The notes under the pieces: model-generated | Seen by the model: only the letters and a program-made list of their open reading frames with translations | Database searches by the model: none | What the model was told of the DNA's origin: nothing | Made by a program: the position numbers and the translations under genes | Assembly (NCBI GenBank): GCA_030066715.1 | Contig: JASJBC010000045.1 | Coordinates: 1 to 33,821, forward strand | Direction of reading: 5' to 3' | DNA: 33,821 nucleotides | Origin: Acidimicrobiia bacterium | Lineage (GTDB): Bacteria > Actinomycetota > Acidimicrobiia > Spongiisociales > UBA5794 | Shown here: positions 1-7,853 of the stretch, piece by piece | How positions within the stretch are numbered: position 1 is the stretch's first letter | How the letters are laid out: every line of letters starts with the position of its first letter

Positions 1-1
1 C

Positions 2-163
2 CGCGGTGCCACGTACCTCGCAACCACCATTGTGGGAACCACTCTCGGTGAGTACCTCGGAATGGAAGCTCTCTACGGAGAGCGTGCGGTCATGCTCCGC
101 AACGAGCAGGGCACGACATCGATAAGCCGTGGTGACATCCTGTCCATCGTGCTTGCCGCCTAG
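2..163 (+). CDS. 3' end of a CDS that begins upstream of the window (C-terminal 53 aa, product unknown)
   Basis: Open frame from the window edge to TAG at 161-163 (…ATTIVGTTLGEYLGMEALYGERAVMLRNEQGTTSISRGDILSIVLAA*). No recognisable motif. Codon usage matches the surrounding high-GC genes. Confidence 0.3.
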   Translation, partial: RGATYLATTIVGTTLGEYLGMEALYGERAVMLRNEQGTTSISRGDILSIVLAA

Positions 164-317
164 TGAGCAAAGACACAGACGGACCTCCCCCTGTCGGCCG
201 AACAGGTCACCGCTTAACCAGTTCTGTGTAACTAATCGCCAAGACCTCGAAGTGACTACTTATACGTAGCCCACGTCGGCCGACAGCGCATCAGTACGCC
301 AAGGAAGGCAAACTGAT

Positions 318-1082
318 ATGCAGTCATGGAAGGCGCTGCTCATTGCAGGGATGCTCATGGGGCCCGTTGTCGGGTCATCATCCGCGTTTGCCTCCTCGCC
401 TTCCGTTCCCGCTTCCGTGGAGTCGACCGTCGATGCCGCCTATGCGGAGTGGTACGACTCCCTCGGTGTACGCAAGGGATGCTCAGCCGGTGTGACCATT
501 GTGTACGAGCCCCTGTCCGGCCGCCGCGGCGAGTACCGCACCCGCACCGCCGAGGTGGTCATCGACCCGAATGACTCGCAGGACGGTCTCGGCGCTATCG
601 CCGTCCACGAACTGTCGCATCACACCTTCCTCGCCTGCGGGGCATTTGCCGACAATGACTTCAAGGACGCCTTCTACGCAGCACAAGGATTGCCGGAGGA
701 CCGTGACTGGTTCGACTACGCAGCTGGCTGGTCAGCCACGCCTGCGGAGCACTTCGCCGAAGCCATGGCCATCACCATCTATGGCTCAGGCGAGGGTGGT
801 ATCTCCGTTGGTGAGGAGACATCCACATTGATCTCCAGGTGGTTGGCCGGCGCACCCAGCGCACCTCCGGCAGGTTCTGTCGATCCCATCCCATACTCAC
901 CCGTGACTGGCCTCCTGGGTGAGGATGGGGTAGAGGTGGGCGACGGGGTGACTCCCGTCGACCCAGCGCCAACTCCAACGTCGGAGCCACCCGCGCTGTA
1001 CCGCAGCGCAGTTGAGTTGGCGACCCGAGCATCGGTGAGTGTGTTCTCTCTCACCCACGGGAGGGTCTTCGGACCCCTATAG
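318..1082 (+). CDS. Secreted putative zinc metallopeptidase (HExxH motif), proline-rich C-terminus
   Basis: 254-aa ORF with N-terminal signal peptide (MQSWKALLIAGMLMGPVVGSSSAFA). HELSHH (HExxH) zinc-binding motif with a downstream E (AEHFAEAMAI). Pro/Thr-rich C-terminal tail. Followed by a hairpin. Confidence 0.6.
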   Translation: MQSWKALLIAGMLMGPVVGSSSAFASSPSVPASVESTVDAAYAEWYDSLGVRKGCSAGVTIVYEPLSGRRGEYRTRTAEVVIDPNDSQDGLGAIAVHELSHHTFLACGAFADNDFKDAFYAAQGLPEDRDWFDYAAGWSATPAEHFAEAMAITIYGSGEGGISVGEETSTLISRWLAGAPSAPPAGSVDPIPYSPVTGLLGEDGVEVGDGVTPVDPAPTPTSEPPALYRSAVELATRASVSVFSLTHGRVFGPL

Positions 1083-1104
1083 ACCGGTGTGACGGTACGG
1101 AAAC

Positions 1105-1130
1105 GGCCGGTGACCTATGCGTCACCGGCC
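1105..1130 (+). terminator. Stem-loop downstream of the metallopeptidase gene (putative intrinsic terminator)
   Basis: Perfect 10-bp inverted repeat GGCCGGTGAC-ctatgc-GTCACCGGCC, 23 nt after the stop. Followed by a CT-rich tract (gtacttctctgctc), but no clean U-run. Confidence 0.4.
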
Positions 1131-1457
1131 GTACTTCTCTGCTCGATCGGGCTGCGGGAGGGAAGTCCCGACCGAGCCGAGTTCTGAGCCTCGCCCGGCG
1201 GGATCCGACCGCCGACCGAGGCTGTGGGCCCCCGATCCGCTGCCAACGGAGCCGTGCGGTGCTCCGCCGAGACACAAATCGAATCGTCGACCCGTCTCCT
1301 GGAGCCCCTCGGCGTTGTGGCACCGAGGCGCTCGTGGGCGTCGGGACGGCCTTGCGGCCGGTCCCTGGCCCATCCCCCCAGACAGTGAACAAGGTACAGG
1401 TGCCAGGTGATCGGGAGGTGTTGCCTGCATGAACCCCACGTGAATATCTGCGGTTCG

Positions 1458-1949
1458 TCAGGCCCGCGGCTCGAACTCCTTGGCGAGATCTGCGACCACC
1501 TCGACGTTGGGCAACGCGGTGAGTATCTGGGGTGGGGCGTAGATCTTGCGGTCGCGGGAGCCGCCGCCGAGGATGATGCGCTCCCGCTGCGTTACACGCT
1601 CGTCGACCCAGATGGGGAGGTCGTCGGGCAAGCCGAAGGGGGTAACGCCGCCGATGGTCTGCCCGGTGACGGCGGCGGTCTCCTCGCCGGAGGCGAAGGA
1701 GGTGCGGCGGATCCCGAGTTTCTTCTTCACCCGACCGTTGACGTCGAGCCGTGTGCTTGCCAGCACCACACACGCCACGTAGACCCGCGGGTCGCTCTTG
1801 CCGACCACGAGGATCGTGTTGGCGGACTCATCGGGCGAGTATCCGTACGCTTCGCAGAACTGGGCCGTGTCGGCAAGGTCGGGATCACAAGGGATGACGT
1901 CGTAGTCGACTTCGAGTGCTGAGATCGCATCCAGAAGCGGGTCACTCAT
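1458..1949 (-). CDS. ybaK: YbaK/ProX-type aminoacyl-tRNA deacylase (Cys-tRNA(Pro) editing domain protein)
   Basis: 163 aa. YbaK/EbsC-like sequence with GQTIGGVTPFG (GxxxP(F)G) motif, a conserved K near the N-terminus, and a size typical of the family. Its ATG overlaps the stop of the downstream gene by 4 nt (ATGA). Confidence 0.7.
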   Translation of the reverse strand: MSDPLLDAISALEVDYDVIPCDPDLADTAQFCEAYGYSPDESANTILVVGKSDPRVYVACVVLASTRLDVNGRVKKKLGIRRTSFASGEETAAVTGQTIGGVTPFGLPDDLPIWVDERVTQRERIILGGGSRDRKIYAPPQILTALPNVEVVADLAKEFEPRA

Positions 1950-3121
1950 ATGCGATCCAGCGCTTGACCGAGGTCGGCGATGAGGTCCTCGACATCCTCC
2001 ATCCCAACCGAGATGCGCACCAATCCGTCGGTGATGCCGACCTTCAGCCGCTCAGCAGGCTCGATGGCCGCATGGGTCATCGTCACCGGGTGGGTGATCA
2101 GCGACTCGACCGACCCCAGGTTCTCGGCGAGGGTCCACAGGTCGACGAGACCCATCAGCTTCTTGCCCGCCTCGACTCCGCCCTCGACCTCGAACCAGGC
2201 CATCGCTCCGAACCCGGATGCCTGTTTCTTGGCCAACTCGTGTTGTGGGAAGGACTCGAGGCCCGGGTATGCGACCCTGATCACCTTCGGGTGCGATTCC
2301 AAGAACCTTGCCACCTTCATGGCGTTGTCGGACTGCCGGTCCAGGCGCTCCGAGAGAGTCTTGGTGCCCTGGAGGGTCAGCCATGCCACCTGAGGCGACA
2401 TGGTCGTGCCGGTGGAATTCTGGATGAACTGGATCCGCTCGTACAGCTCGGGTGTTCGCACCGAAACCGCGCCGCCGACCGTTGCGTTGTGCCCGTCGAA
2501 GTACTTCGTCGTCGAGTGCACGATCAAGTCCGCACCGAGTTCGAATGGTCGCTGGTAGTACGGCGTCAGAAAGGTGTTGTCGACGCAGTGTGGGATCTCG
2601 TGCGCCTGTGCAATCGCGGACACCGCGGCGATGTCCGTCAGTTTCAGAGTCGGGTTCGCAGGCGTTTCCGTGAAGATGAGGCGCGTGTTCGCCTTGATTG
2701 CGGCTTCCACGTTCCGTGGGTACGAAGTGTCCACGAAGTCGTACTCGACTCCGAACCGGCTGTACACCTGTGTGGCGAGCCGATACGTGCCGCCATAGAC
2801 GACGTCCGAGAAGACCACATGGTCTCCGGCATTGAGCATCGCCAGCATGACGGCGTTGGTCGCCGCCATCCCGGTGCCGAAGGCAGCCGCGTCTGCGCCA
2901 CCCTCCAGCGCCGCCACCTTCATTTCCAACGCCCGCACCGTCGGGTTGCCGGAACGGGAGTAGGAATAGCCCGTGGCCATGTACTCATCAACCGAAGGTT
3001 GGACAAAGGTGGTCGACTGATGGATGGGCGTCAGGATCGCCCCGGTGGTGGGATCGGGCGTGACCCCGGCATGGATCTGTTTCGTGCGGAATCGCATATC
3101 AACCTCGCTGTTCAGGATCAC
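1946..3121 (-). CDS. PLP-dependent Cys/Met metabolism enzyme (cystathionine gamma-synthase / gamma-lyase / O-acetylhomoserine sulfhydrylase family)
   Basis: 391-aa ORF. N-terminal KQIHAG…TGAI.TPI..STTF… and SRSGNPT motifs. PLP-lysine motif STTKYFDGHNATVGG. C-terminal GxESLI.HPxxMTHA. All are classic for the trans-sulfuration (Cys_Met_Meta_PP) family. The start could be the internal M (MRFRTKQ…, 3097) rather than 3121. Confidence 0.85.
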   Translation of the reverse strand: MILNSEVDMRFRTKQIHAGVTPDPTTGAILTPIHQSTTFVQPSVDEYMATGYSYSRSGNPTVRALEMKVAALEGGADAAAFGTGMAATNAVMLAMLNAGDHVVFSDVVYGGTYRLATQVYSRFGVEYDFVDTSYPRNVEAAIKANTRLIFTETPANPTLKLTDIAAVSAIAQAHEIPHCVDNTFLTPYYQRPFELGADLIVHSTTKYFDGHNATVGGAVSVRTPELYERIQFIQNSTGTTMSPQVAWLTLQGTKTLSERLDRQSDNAMKVARFLESHPKVIRVAYPGLESFPQHELAKKQASGFGAMAWFEVEGGVEAGKKLMGLVDLWTLAENLGSVESLITHPVTMTHAAIEPAERLKVGITDGLVRISVGMEDVEDLIADLGQALDRI

Positions 3122-3160
3122 GATACCGAGTGCCCGGCCGGTCGGGCACGGCCCGGCGGC

Positions 3161-3808
3161 TCACACCGTCACGAACTCGACGTCGTACTCCCGGGTAATG
3201 ATGACATCCGCACGAGGGCGGTGCTGAGAGATGATCTCGTGCTCCTTCTCGAGCACCCTCTCGATGAAGGGGTCGTACTCCTCGCGGGCTCGCTTCTGTC
3301 GGTGCGCCATTGTCTCCAGCCGATTCCTGGCGATGAAGACACGACGATCGACGTTCTCGCACAGAGAGGTGTACACGCCCTCGGCAATGACGACGTCGGC
3401 GCCTTCGAGGGAGATGGTCTCCGTGACGATCTGATTGTCGTCATAGATCACGAGTGGTTTCTCCACGCTGGCGGCCCCGGAGCGGGCATCGTGGAGATGC
3501 TGATCGAGCAAGTCGAGCCGAACCTCCGTCGTTCCCACCCAGGAGAAGTTGGCGCGCCTGGCGGCATCGTTGAAGCGAGGTGGTAGGACGTAGTAGTCGT
3601 CCTGCTGCAGGACGACGGCCTTCACGTTGTGTTCGCCGAGCGCATCGGCGAGGGCCTGTCCGGTCTCCGACTTCCCGCTGCCTGATTCGCCGGCGACCGT
3701 GATGGTGTAGCGGCGCTCCGTGGCTGCGATCTCCGCAAACAGCCGGTCGATGATCTGAGTGGCGGCGTTGCGGTGCTCGTCGCCTACGAGAATGATGTCG
3801 CCTTTCAT
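3161..3808 (-). CDS. Uridine kinase / phosphoribulokinase-family P-loop kinase
   Basis: Walker A AGESGSGKS, followed by the QQDDYYV motif typical of the Udk/PRK family. About 215 aa from the ATG at 3806-3808 (MKGDIILVGDE…). The longer six-frame ORF reaching 4081 has an N-terminal extension that is Arg-rich and non-homologous, and is rejected. Confidence 0.65.
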   Translation of the reverse strand: MKGDIILVGDEHRNAATQIIDRLFAEIAATERRYTITVAGESGSGKSETGQALADALGEHNVKAVVLQQDDYYVLPPRFNDAARRANFSWVGTTEVRLDLLDQHLHDARSGAASVEKPLVIYDDNQIVTETISLEGADVVIAEGVYTSLCENVDRRVFIARNRLETMAHRQKRAREEYDPFIERVLEKEHEIISQHRPRADVIITREYDVEFVTV

Positions 3809-4091
3809 GCGGCCATCGTACCGGTACGGCCACGAGCTCGGTTCACACGTGTTTGTCCTGCGGCCCGGGCTCGGGTGTACCCGAACTGGAACTCGTCGTC
3901 GGGGTCGCGCCTGGCGAGCCTGCCCTCGAGGAGCAGCAATGCCTGGTTGCCGGTGTCGGCAACCGAGTGAATGGCTTCGGCAAGCATCGACGACGAGCGA
4001 GTGAATGCGAACCCACGAACTTGGCGATCGCAATGCCCGGATTCGCAAGGAATGCGGCAATGACGACCCTCGTTGAACCACCTGCAGCCAT
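3809..4091 (-). pseudogene. Frameshifted, truncated remnant of a cation diffusion facilitator (CDF) metal-efflux gene
   Basis: Two adjacent minus-strand frames together reconstruct a CDF N-terminus. Frame A gives …RVVIAAFLANPGIAIAKFVGSHS (TM1). After a 1-nt frame change near 4000-4010, frame B gives SMLAEAIHSVADTGNQALLLLEGRLARRDPDDEFQFGYTRA. Compare canonical CDF …GSLALLADAxHSLSD…LLLG.R.SRRPAD.EHPFGHGRAE. The His/Asp of the first metal site (HSVAD) is retained, but the catalytic continuation is absent, because the uridine-kinase-like gene follows immediately. Confidence 0.35.
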
Positions 4092-4100
4092 GCGCAGAAC

Positions 4101-4379
4101 CTAGGCGGTCGCCCCTGCGCCGGTCTGTGGATCCTCGATTCGCACCGAGAGCAGATCGGCCTGCTTGACCCAGTAGGGACGGGGGCGCCGCGGATCGACG
4201 ACTAGGTACAGAGTGCCCGTCGGCTCGTGATCGGGGATGCCCGCCGTCTCCGGCTGAACCCACCAGCCGAGTGCGATCACCCGACCGGCGATAGGTCCGA
4301 TGCCGTCTTCCGGCCCCACGTCGGTTGTGACACGGAGGTCCTGCTGGACCGGGATGGCAAAGTCGGCGTGGTGCTCCAT
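4101..4379 (-). CDS. Hypothetical small protein (about 92 aa)
   Basis: ORF starting MEHHADFAIPVQQDLRVTT…, 17 nt downstream of the DMT transporter stop on the same strand. No recognisable motif, no clear RBS. Could be spurious in a high-GC context. Confidence 0.35.
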   Translation of the reverse strand: MEHHADFAIPVQQDLRVTTDVGPEDGIGPIAGRVIALGWWVQPETAGIPDHEPTGTLYLVVDPRRPRPYWVKQADLLSVRIEDPQTGAGATA

Positions 4380-4395
4380 GGTGCGAGCGTACCGG

Positions 4396-5289
4396 TTATG
4401 CCAGAACCATGGCGGTCCCGGCAACGGCCAAGGCCGCACCGAACCAGGCGCCGCGGGGCGGCAGTTCCCGGGTCACCGCCCAGATGATCGGGAGCTGGAT
4501 GACCGGAGCGACCGACACCAGGATCGAAACGAGTCCCGGCGGGCCGCCGGCGAGAGCGATCAGCACCATTGTCTTGCCGATCACCATGCCGAGCGTGCCG
4601 GAGAGGATCACCAGCAGCCAGATACGGGCGGTGAGCTCGACCGGCATCCGGTTGCCGTTGCGGCGTTCGAACCATGGCATCAGGGCAAAGAGGCCGACGG
4701 TGCCTGCCACTGCCCGGACCGCCGCACCCGCCCACGGGTCGAGGGTCCCGTCGAAGACGGGGTCGGCAACGAGGACTGCGACGGCTTGCCCCAGCGCCCC
4801 GGCCAGGCCGAAGCCGACCCCGACCAGCAGGGAGCCGCGCACATCCTCCCATGTGTGCGACTGGCCCGGTCTGGTCCCGTAGGCGATGGCGAGGCTCACG
4901 CCGGCGAGCACGAGGACGGTCCCGAGCGCTCCGAGAACGCCGAAGCGTTCGTCGTATATGACCGCACTGATGATCGCAGTCAGCGGGGCGTTGACGGCGA
5001 ACAGCATCCCGGTGCGGCGGGGGCCGAGGCGCGCAAAGGCTTCGAACAGGGCGGCATCGCCAAGGGCAAGACCTACGAAGCCCGAGATGGCGAGGGGCAG
5101 CCAGTCGGTGGAGGCAACGGTGGGCCATCCCCCGACCGCCAGGCCGATGAGTGTCAGAGCCAGCGTTACGTAGACCATGCGGATGCGAACGAACCGCGGC
5201 CCTCCCAGCAGCCGCGATGGCTCGGCGGCCACCAGGCCGCCGACGGCCCAGGAGGAGGCGGCGAGCAATGCCGCCACCTGGAACGGCAC
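4396..5289 (-). CDS. EamA/DMT-superfamily transporter (10 TM)
   Basis: 297-aa protein that is hydrophobic throughout. Two repeated halves each carry about 5 TM helices and Gly-rich helix ends, the typical drug/metabolite transporter (EamA) architecture. Confidence 0.75.
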   Translation of the reverse strand: MPFQVAALLAASSWAVGGLVAAEPSRLLGGPRFVRIRMVYVTLALTLIGLAVGGWPTVASTDWLPLAISGFVGLALGDAALFEAFARLGPRRTGMLFAVNAPLTAIISAVIYDERFGVLGALGTVLVLAGVSLAIAYGTRPGQSHTWEDVRGSLLVGVGFGLAGALGQAVAVLVADPVFDGTLDPWAGAAVRAVAGTVGLFALMPWFERRNGNRMPVELTARIWLLVILSGTLGMVIGKTMVLIALAGGPPGLVSILVSVAPVIQLPIIWAVTRELPPRGAWFGAALAVAGTAMVLA

Positions 5290-5292
5290 GCT

Positions 5293-6036
5293 CTAGTTCC
5301 TGTCCCGGATGGCAAACCCGTACGGCAGTTCGAGCCGATGCTGCCGCAGCAGCTCGCCATCCGACAGGATCTCTTCTGTCGGGCCGGAGGCAACGATCGA
5401 GCCTCCGTCCATAACCACCGCGCGAGCGCACATCTCGTAGGCAAAGGGCAGGTCGTGAGTGACGATGAGCTGAGTCGTGTCGAGGCTGGACAGAGCCTCG
5501 CCGAGCTCGCGACGGCTCGCCGGATCCAGGTTGGACGTTGGTTCGTCGAGAACGAGGATCGACGGCTGCATCGCCAACACCCCGGCGATCGCCACCCGGC
5601 GCTTCTGGCCGAAGGACAGGTGGTTTGGTGGCCGGTTGGCGAGATCGGCCACCTCCATCACCTCGAGGGCCGACTGCACCCGCATTTCGAGATCAGGCCC
5701 GGTGAGCCCGAGGTTGCGCGGGCCGAACTCGACATCGTCGCGAACCGTCGGCATGAAGAGTTGGTCATCGGGATCCTGGAACACGATGCCGACGCGGCGG
5801 CGGATCTCCATGACGTTGTCGTCCGACAGTTGCAGACCCGACACCGCAACCGTCCCCCGTTGCGGCATGTGGATGCCGTTCATATGCAGAATCAGCGTTG
5901 TCTTCCCTGCGCCGTTGGGGCCGAGCAGCGCGACGTGCTCCCCGGGGTGGATGTGCAACTCGACGTCGTTCAATGCGGATGTGCCATCCGGATAGCTGAA
6001 TCCGAGACCGACGACTGAGATGGTTGGGACGCTCAC
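5293..6036 (-). CDS. cbiO: ECF transporter ATPase component (CbiO/NikO-type ABC ATP-binding protein)
   Basis: Walker A GPNGAGKTT. Q-loop. ABC signature LSFGQKRRV. Walker B ILVLDEPTS. H-loop VTHD. Probable GTG start at 6034-6036, overlapping the cbiQ stop (GTGA). Last gene of the cbiM-N-Q-O operon. Confidence 0.85.
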   Translation of the reverse strand: MSVPTISVVGLGFSYPDGTSALNDVELHIHPGEHVALLGPNGAGKTTLILHMNGIHMPQRGTVAVSGLQLSDDNVMEIRRRVGIVFQDPDDQLFMPTVRDDVEFGPRNLGLTGPDLEMRVQSALEVMEVADLANRPPNHLSFGQKRRVAIAGVLAMQPSILVLDEPTSNLDPASRRELGEALSSLDTTQLIVTHDLPFAYEMCARAVVMDGGSIVASGPTEEILSDGELLRQHRLELPYGFAIRDRN

Positions 6037-6800
6037 ATTGACCACCACGCAGCTGCGGCCACAACCCACGCGGTTACCGGGGCGAGCATCGCCACCGCCC
6101 ACTGCTGGATGGTCGCCGTGTCGCCGGGCCGCGTCGGCATCTGCCCGGTGTAGCCCCGGGAGGCCATCGCGAGATAGACCCTCTCTCCGCGCTCGTACGA
6201 GCGAACGAAGATCAGCCCCGCCGAGGTGGCATAGGGCTTGGCATGGCCGAGCCAGCGCGGATTGTGACCACGCGACTGCATGGCCACCCGCATGCGACGG
6301 AACTCACCGAGCACCACGTCCAGGTAGCGGATCATGAATCCCATGATGGCGGTGAGCACGCGGGGAACGCGGAGTGCCTCGAAGCCGCGCAACATCGAAG
6401 GTATGTCGGTCGTGCCGGCGAGCACTATCGACGTGAGCAGCCCCAGTGTTGCCTTGGCGAGAATGTTCCACATATCCCACAGCCCGGAGCGGGAGAGGTC
6501 GACACCAAGCACGGTGACGGTCTCGCCGGCAGCGAAGAAAGGGATCAACAGTGCGGCAATGATGAAGGGGGTCTCGATGAGCATGCGGGTGCCCACGAAG
6601 CGGGCGCCAAGGCGAGCCCAGGTCGCCAGGGTGAGCAGGATGGCCGCATAGATCAGGAACGCCCAGACTGCTTCTCGGGGAGTCGCCACGACCGCAAACA
6701 CGAATAGGAAGGCTGCGGCGATCTTCACCTGGGGGCGCAGCCGGTGCACCGGGGAATCGCCGTGTCGATAAAGGGCGTGGACGTGGCCACCACCCGCCAT
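6033..6800 (-). CDS. cbiQ: ECF transporter transmembrane T component (CbiQ/NikQ)
   Basis: 255-aa polytopic membrane protein with CbiQ-like conserved Arg-rich cytoplasmic loops (…RGFEALRVPRVL…). Its ATG overlaps the cbiN stop (ATGA), and its stop overlaps the cbiO start. Confidence 0.8.
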   Translation of the reverse strand: MAGGGHVHALYRHGDSPVHRLRPQVKIAAAFLFVFAVVATPREAVWAFLIYAAILLTLATWARLGARFVGTRMLIETPFIIAALLIPFFAAGETVTVLGVDLSRSGLWDMWNILAKATLGLLTSIVLAGTTDIPSMLRGFEALRVPRVLTAIMGFMIRYLDVVLGEFRRMRVAMQSRGHNPRWLGHAKPYATSAGLIFVRSYERGERVYLAMASRGYTGQMPTRPGDTATIQQWAVAMLAPVTAWVVAAAAWWSM

Positions 6801-7111
6801 CAGGGAACCTCAGACGAGGTCCGATTCGTGCGCCGGGCCAGCCAGAAGATGCCGTAGCCGATGGCAAGGGTCAGCAGCGTGCCGACCAGACCGGCAACCG
6901 CAGTGTTGACTCCGTCGTTGTCGGACAGGTTCTCGCCGTAGTCGGCGAGCGGCGAATCGGCCAGGCCGTGATCGGTGGCGCTCTCGGCAAAGCCCTCCTG
7001 CTCGGCTACAAACTCGAGGCCGTCAGGGTTCGATGAGGCAAACTGGGCGACCACCATCGCCACGAGAATGGCAACGACGAGACCAACGAGGAAGAGGCGC
7101 CGGTCCTTCAC
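6800..7111 (-). CDS. cbiN: Small 2-TM ECF transporter subunit (CbiN/NikN-type)
   Basis: 103 aa with N- and C-terminal TM helices flanking an acidic extracytoplasmic loop bearing NPDGLEF (compare CbiN GSDGEAE). GTG start overlapping the cbiM stop (GTGA). Position between M and Q is canonical for cbiMNQO/nikMNQO. Confidence 0.65.
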   Translation of the reverse strand: MKDRRLFLVGLVVAILVAMVVAQFASSNPDGLEFVAEQEGFAESATDHGLADSPLADYGENLSDNDGVNTAVAGLVGTLLTLAIGYGIFWLARRTNRTSSEVP

Positions 7112-7782
7112 GTGAGCACCTCTGTGCGCTGTCCGGCATAGTCGGGTGCGCCGTAGACGAGGTCGGGGCGGCTACGCACAACCGCACCGACTACCAGCGC
7201 GGTGATGACTCCTTCTCCTATGCCAATGAGCAAGTGGGTTCCGAGGAGGGCGGTGAACACCGTGCCGGTAGCCACGGTCGTGGTCCCCCCGATGATGTAC
7301 TGCAGCAGGAAGCCCATTGCGGAAAGCGGGACGGCGATTCCTGCGGCGATACCGGCAGCGAGAGTGACCCCGCGCCCGTCCTTGGGCATAACCCGCAGCA
7401 ACATGCGGTAGATGGCATAGCCACCAACGGCGCCGATGAAGCCCATGTTGAAGATGTTCAGACCGAGGGCACTCAGACCGCCGTCGGCAAAGACCATCCC
7501 CTGCACGATGAGCACGACCGAGAGCACGACAAAGGCTGCCCACGGGCCAATCAAGACTGCCGCCAGGACGCCACCGAGAAGGTGGCCACTAACGCCGATA
7601 GAGACAGGGAAGTTGACCATCTGCGCCGCAAAGACGAATGCGGCTACCAGACCGGCAAGCGGCACCTGCCGTTCGCTCAGGTACCTGCCGGTCTGTTTGA
7701 TGGCGGCACCGAGCCCGCCTGCGGCAGCTACGCCGAAGCCGGCGGAGGTCGCTCCGTTGATGAATCCGTCCGGTATGTGCAC
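7108..7782 (-). CDS. cbiM: ECF transporter substrate-specific component CbiM/NikM (Co2+/Ni2+ uptake)
   Basis: N-terminus (M)HIPDGF is the hallmark metal-binding terminus of CbiM/NikM. 7 TM helices. GTG start at 7780-7782, preceded by GGAGAGGGA RBS. First gene of a four-gene operon with overlapping junctions. Confidence 0.85.
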   Translation of the reverse strand: MHIPDGFINGATSAGFGVAAAGGLGAAIKQTGRYLSERQVPLAGLVAAFVFAAQMVNFPVSIGVSGHLLGGVLAAVLIGPWAAFVVLSVVLIVQGMVFADGGLSALGLNIFNMGFIGAVGGYAIYRMLLRVMPKDGRGVTLAAGIAAGIAVPLSAMGFLLQYIIGGTTTVATGTVFTALLGTHLLIGIGEGVITALVVGAVVRSRPDLVYGAPDYAGQRTEVLT

Positions 7783-7794
7783 CCGTCCCTCTCC

Positions 7795-7817
7795 TTATTG
7801 CGAACGCTTCGCAATAA
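7795..7817. promoter_or_regulatory. AT-rich palindromic operator (Nur/Fur-family-box-like) immediately upstream of cbiM
   Basis: TTATTGCGAA-cgc-TTCGCAATAA, perfect 10-bp inverted arms, 12 nt upstream of the cbiM RBS. Core TTGCGA-N5-TCGCAA matches the 6-5-6 architecture of the Streptomyces Nur box (tTGCaa-N5-ttGCAA). It is the most AT-rich spot in a 70-bp intergenic region. A Fur-family regulator gene lies 1.8 kb upstream on the same strand. Confidence 0.5.
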
Positions 7818-7853
7818 CATAGCGAGTCGAACGGGCCGCCTGCGACGCTTTGG

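Noticed and set aside
1131-1457. About 330-bp gene-free interval searched for tRNA/ncRNA
   Set aside because: No T-loop (GGTTCGAATCC-like) or cloverleaf-compatible segments found by eye. Only the terminator-like hairpin at 1105-1130 is evident.
1916-3586. 556-aa plus-strand ORF, and similar long ORFs at 4300-6018 (+), 7932-9209 (+), 10435-12030 (+), 24547-25602 (+), 1051-1773 (-) and 32319-33293 (+)
   Set aside because: All lie antisense to, or out of frame within, genes with strong motif support (PLP enzyme, cbiO/DMT, histidine kinase, PGT fusion, Fe-S protein, lnt). They are Arg/Gly/Pro-rich, the typical composition of spurious ORFs in about 70% GC DNA.
3809-4081. N-terminal 91-aa extension of the uridine-kinase-family ORF (six-frame ORF 3161-4081)
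   Set aside because: The extension is Arg/Pro-rich, with no kinase homology. A good internal ATG (3806-3808) directly precedes the conserved P-loop region, and the extension overlaps the CDF-remnant frames.
7783-7853. Cobalamin riboswitch expected upstream of cbiMNQO
   Set aside because: The intergenic region is only about 70 bp and is dominated by a protein-operator-like palindrome, too short for a B12 element (about 200 nt).
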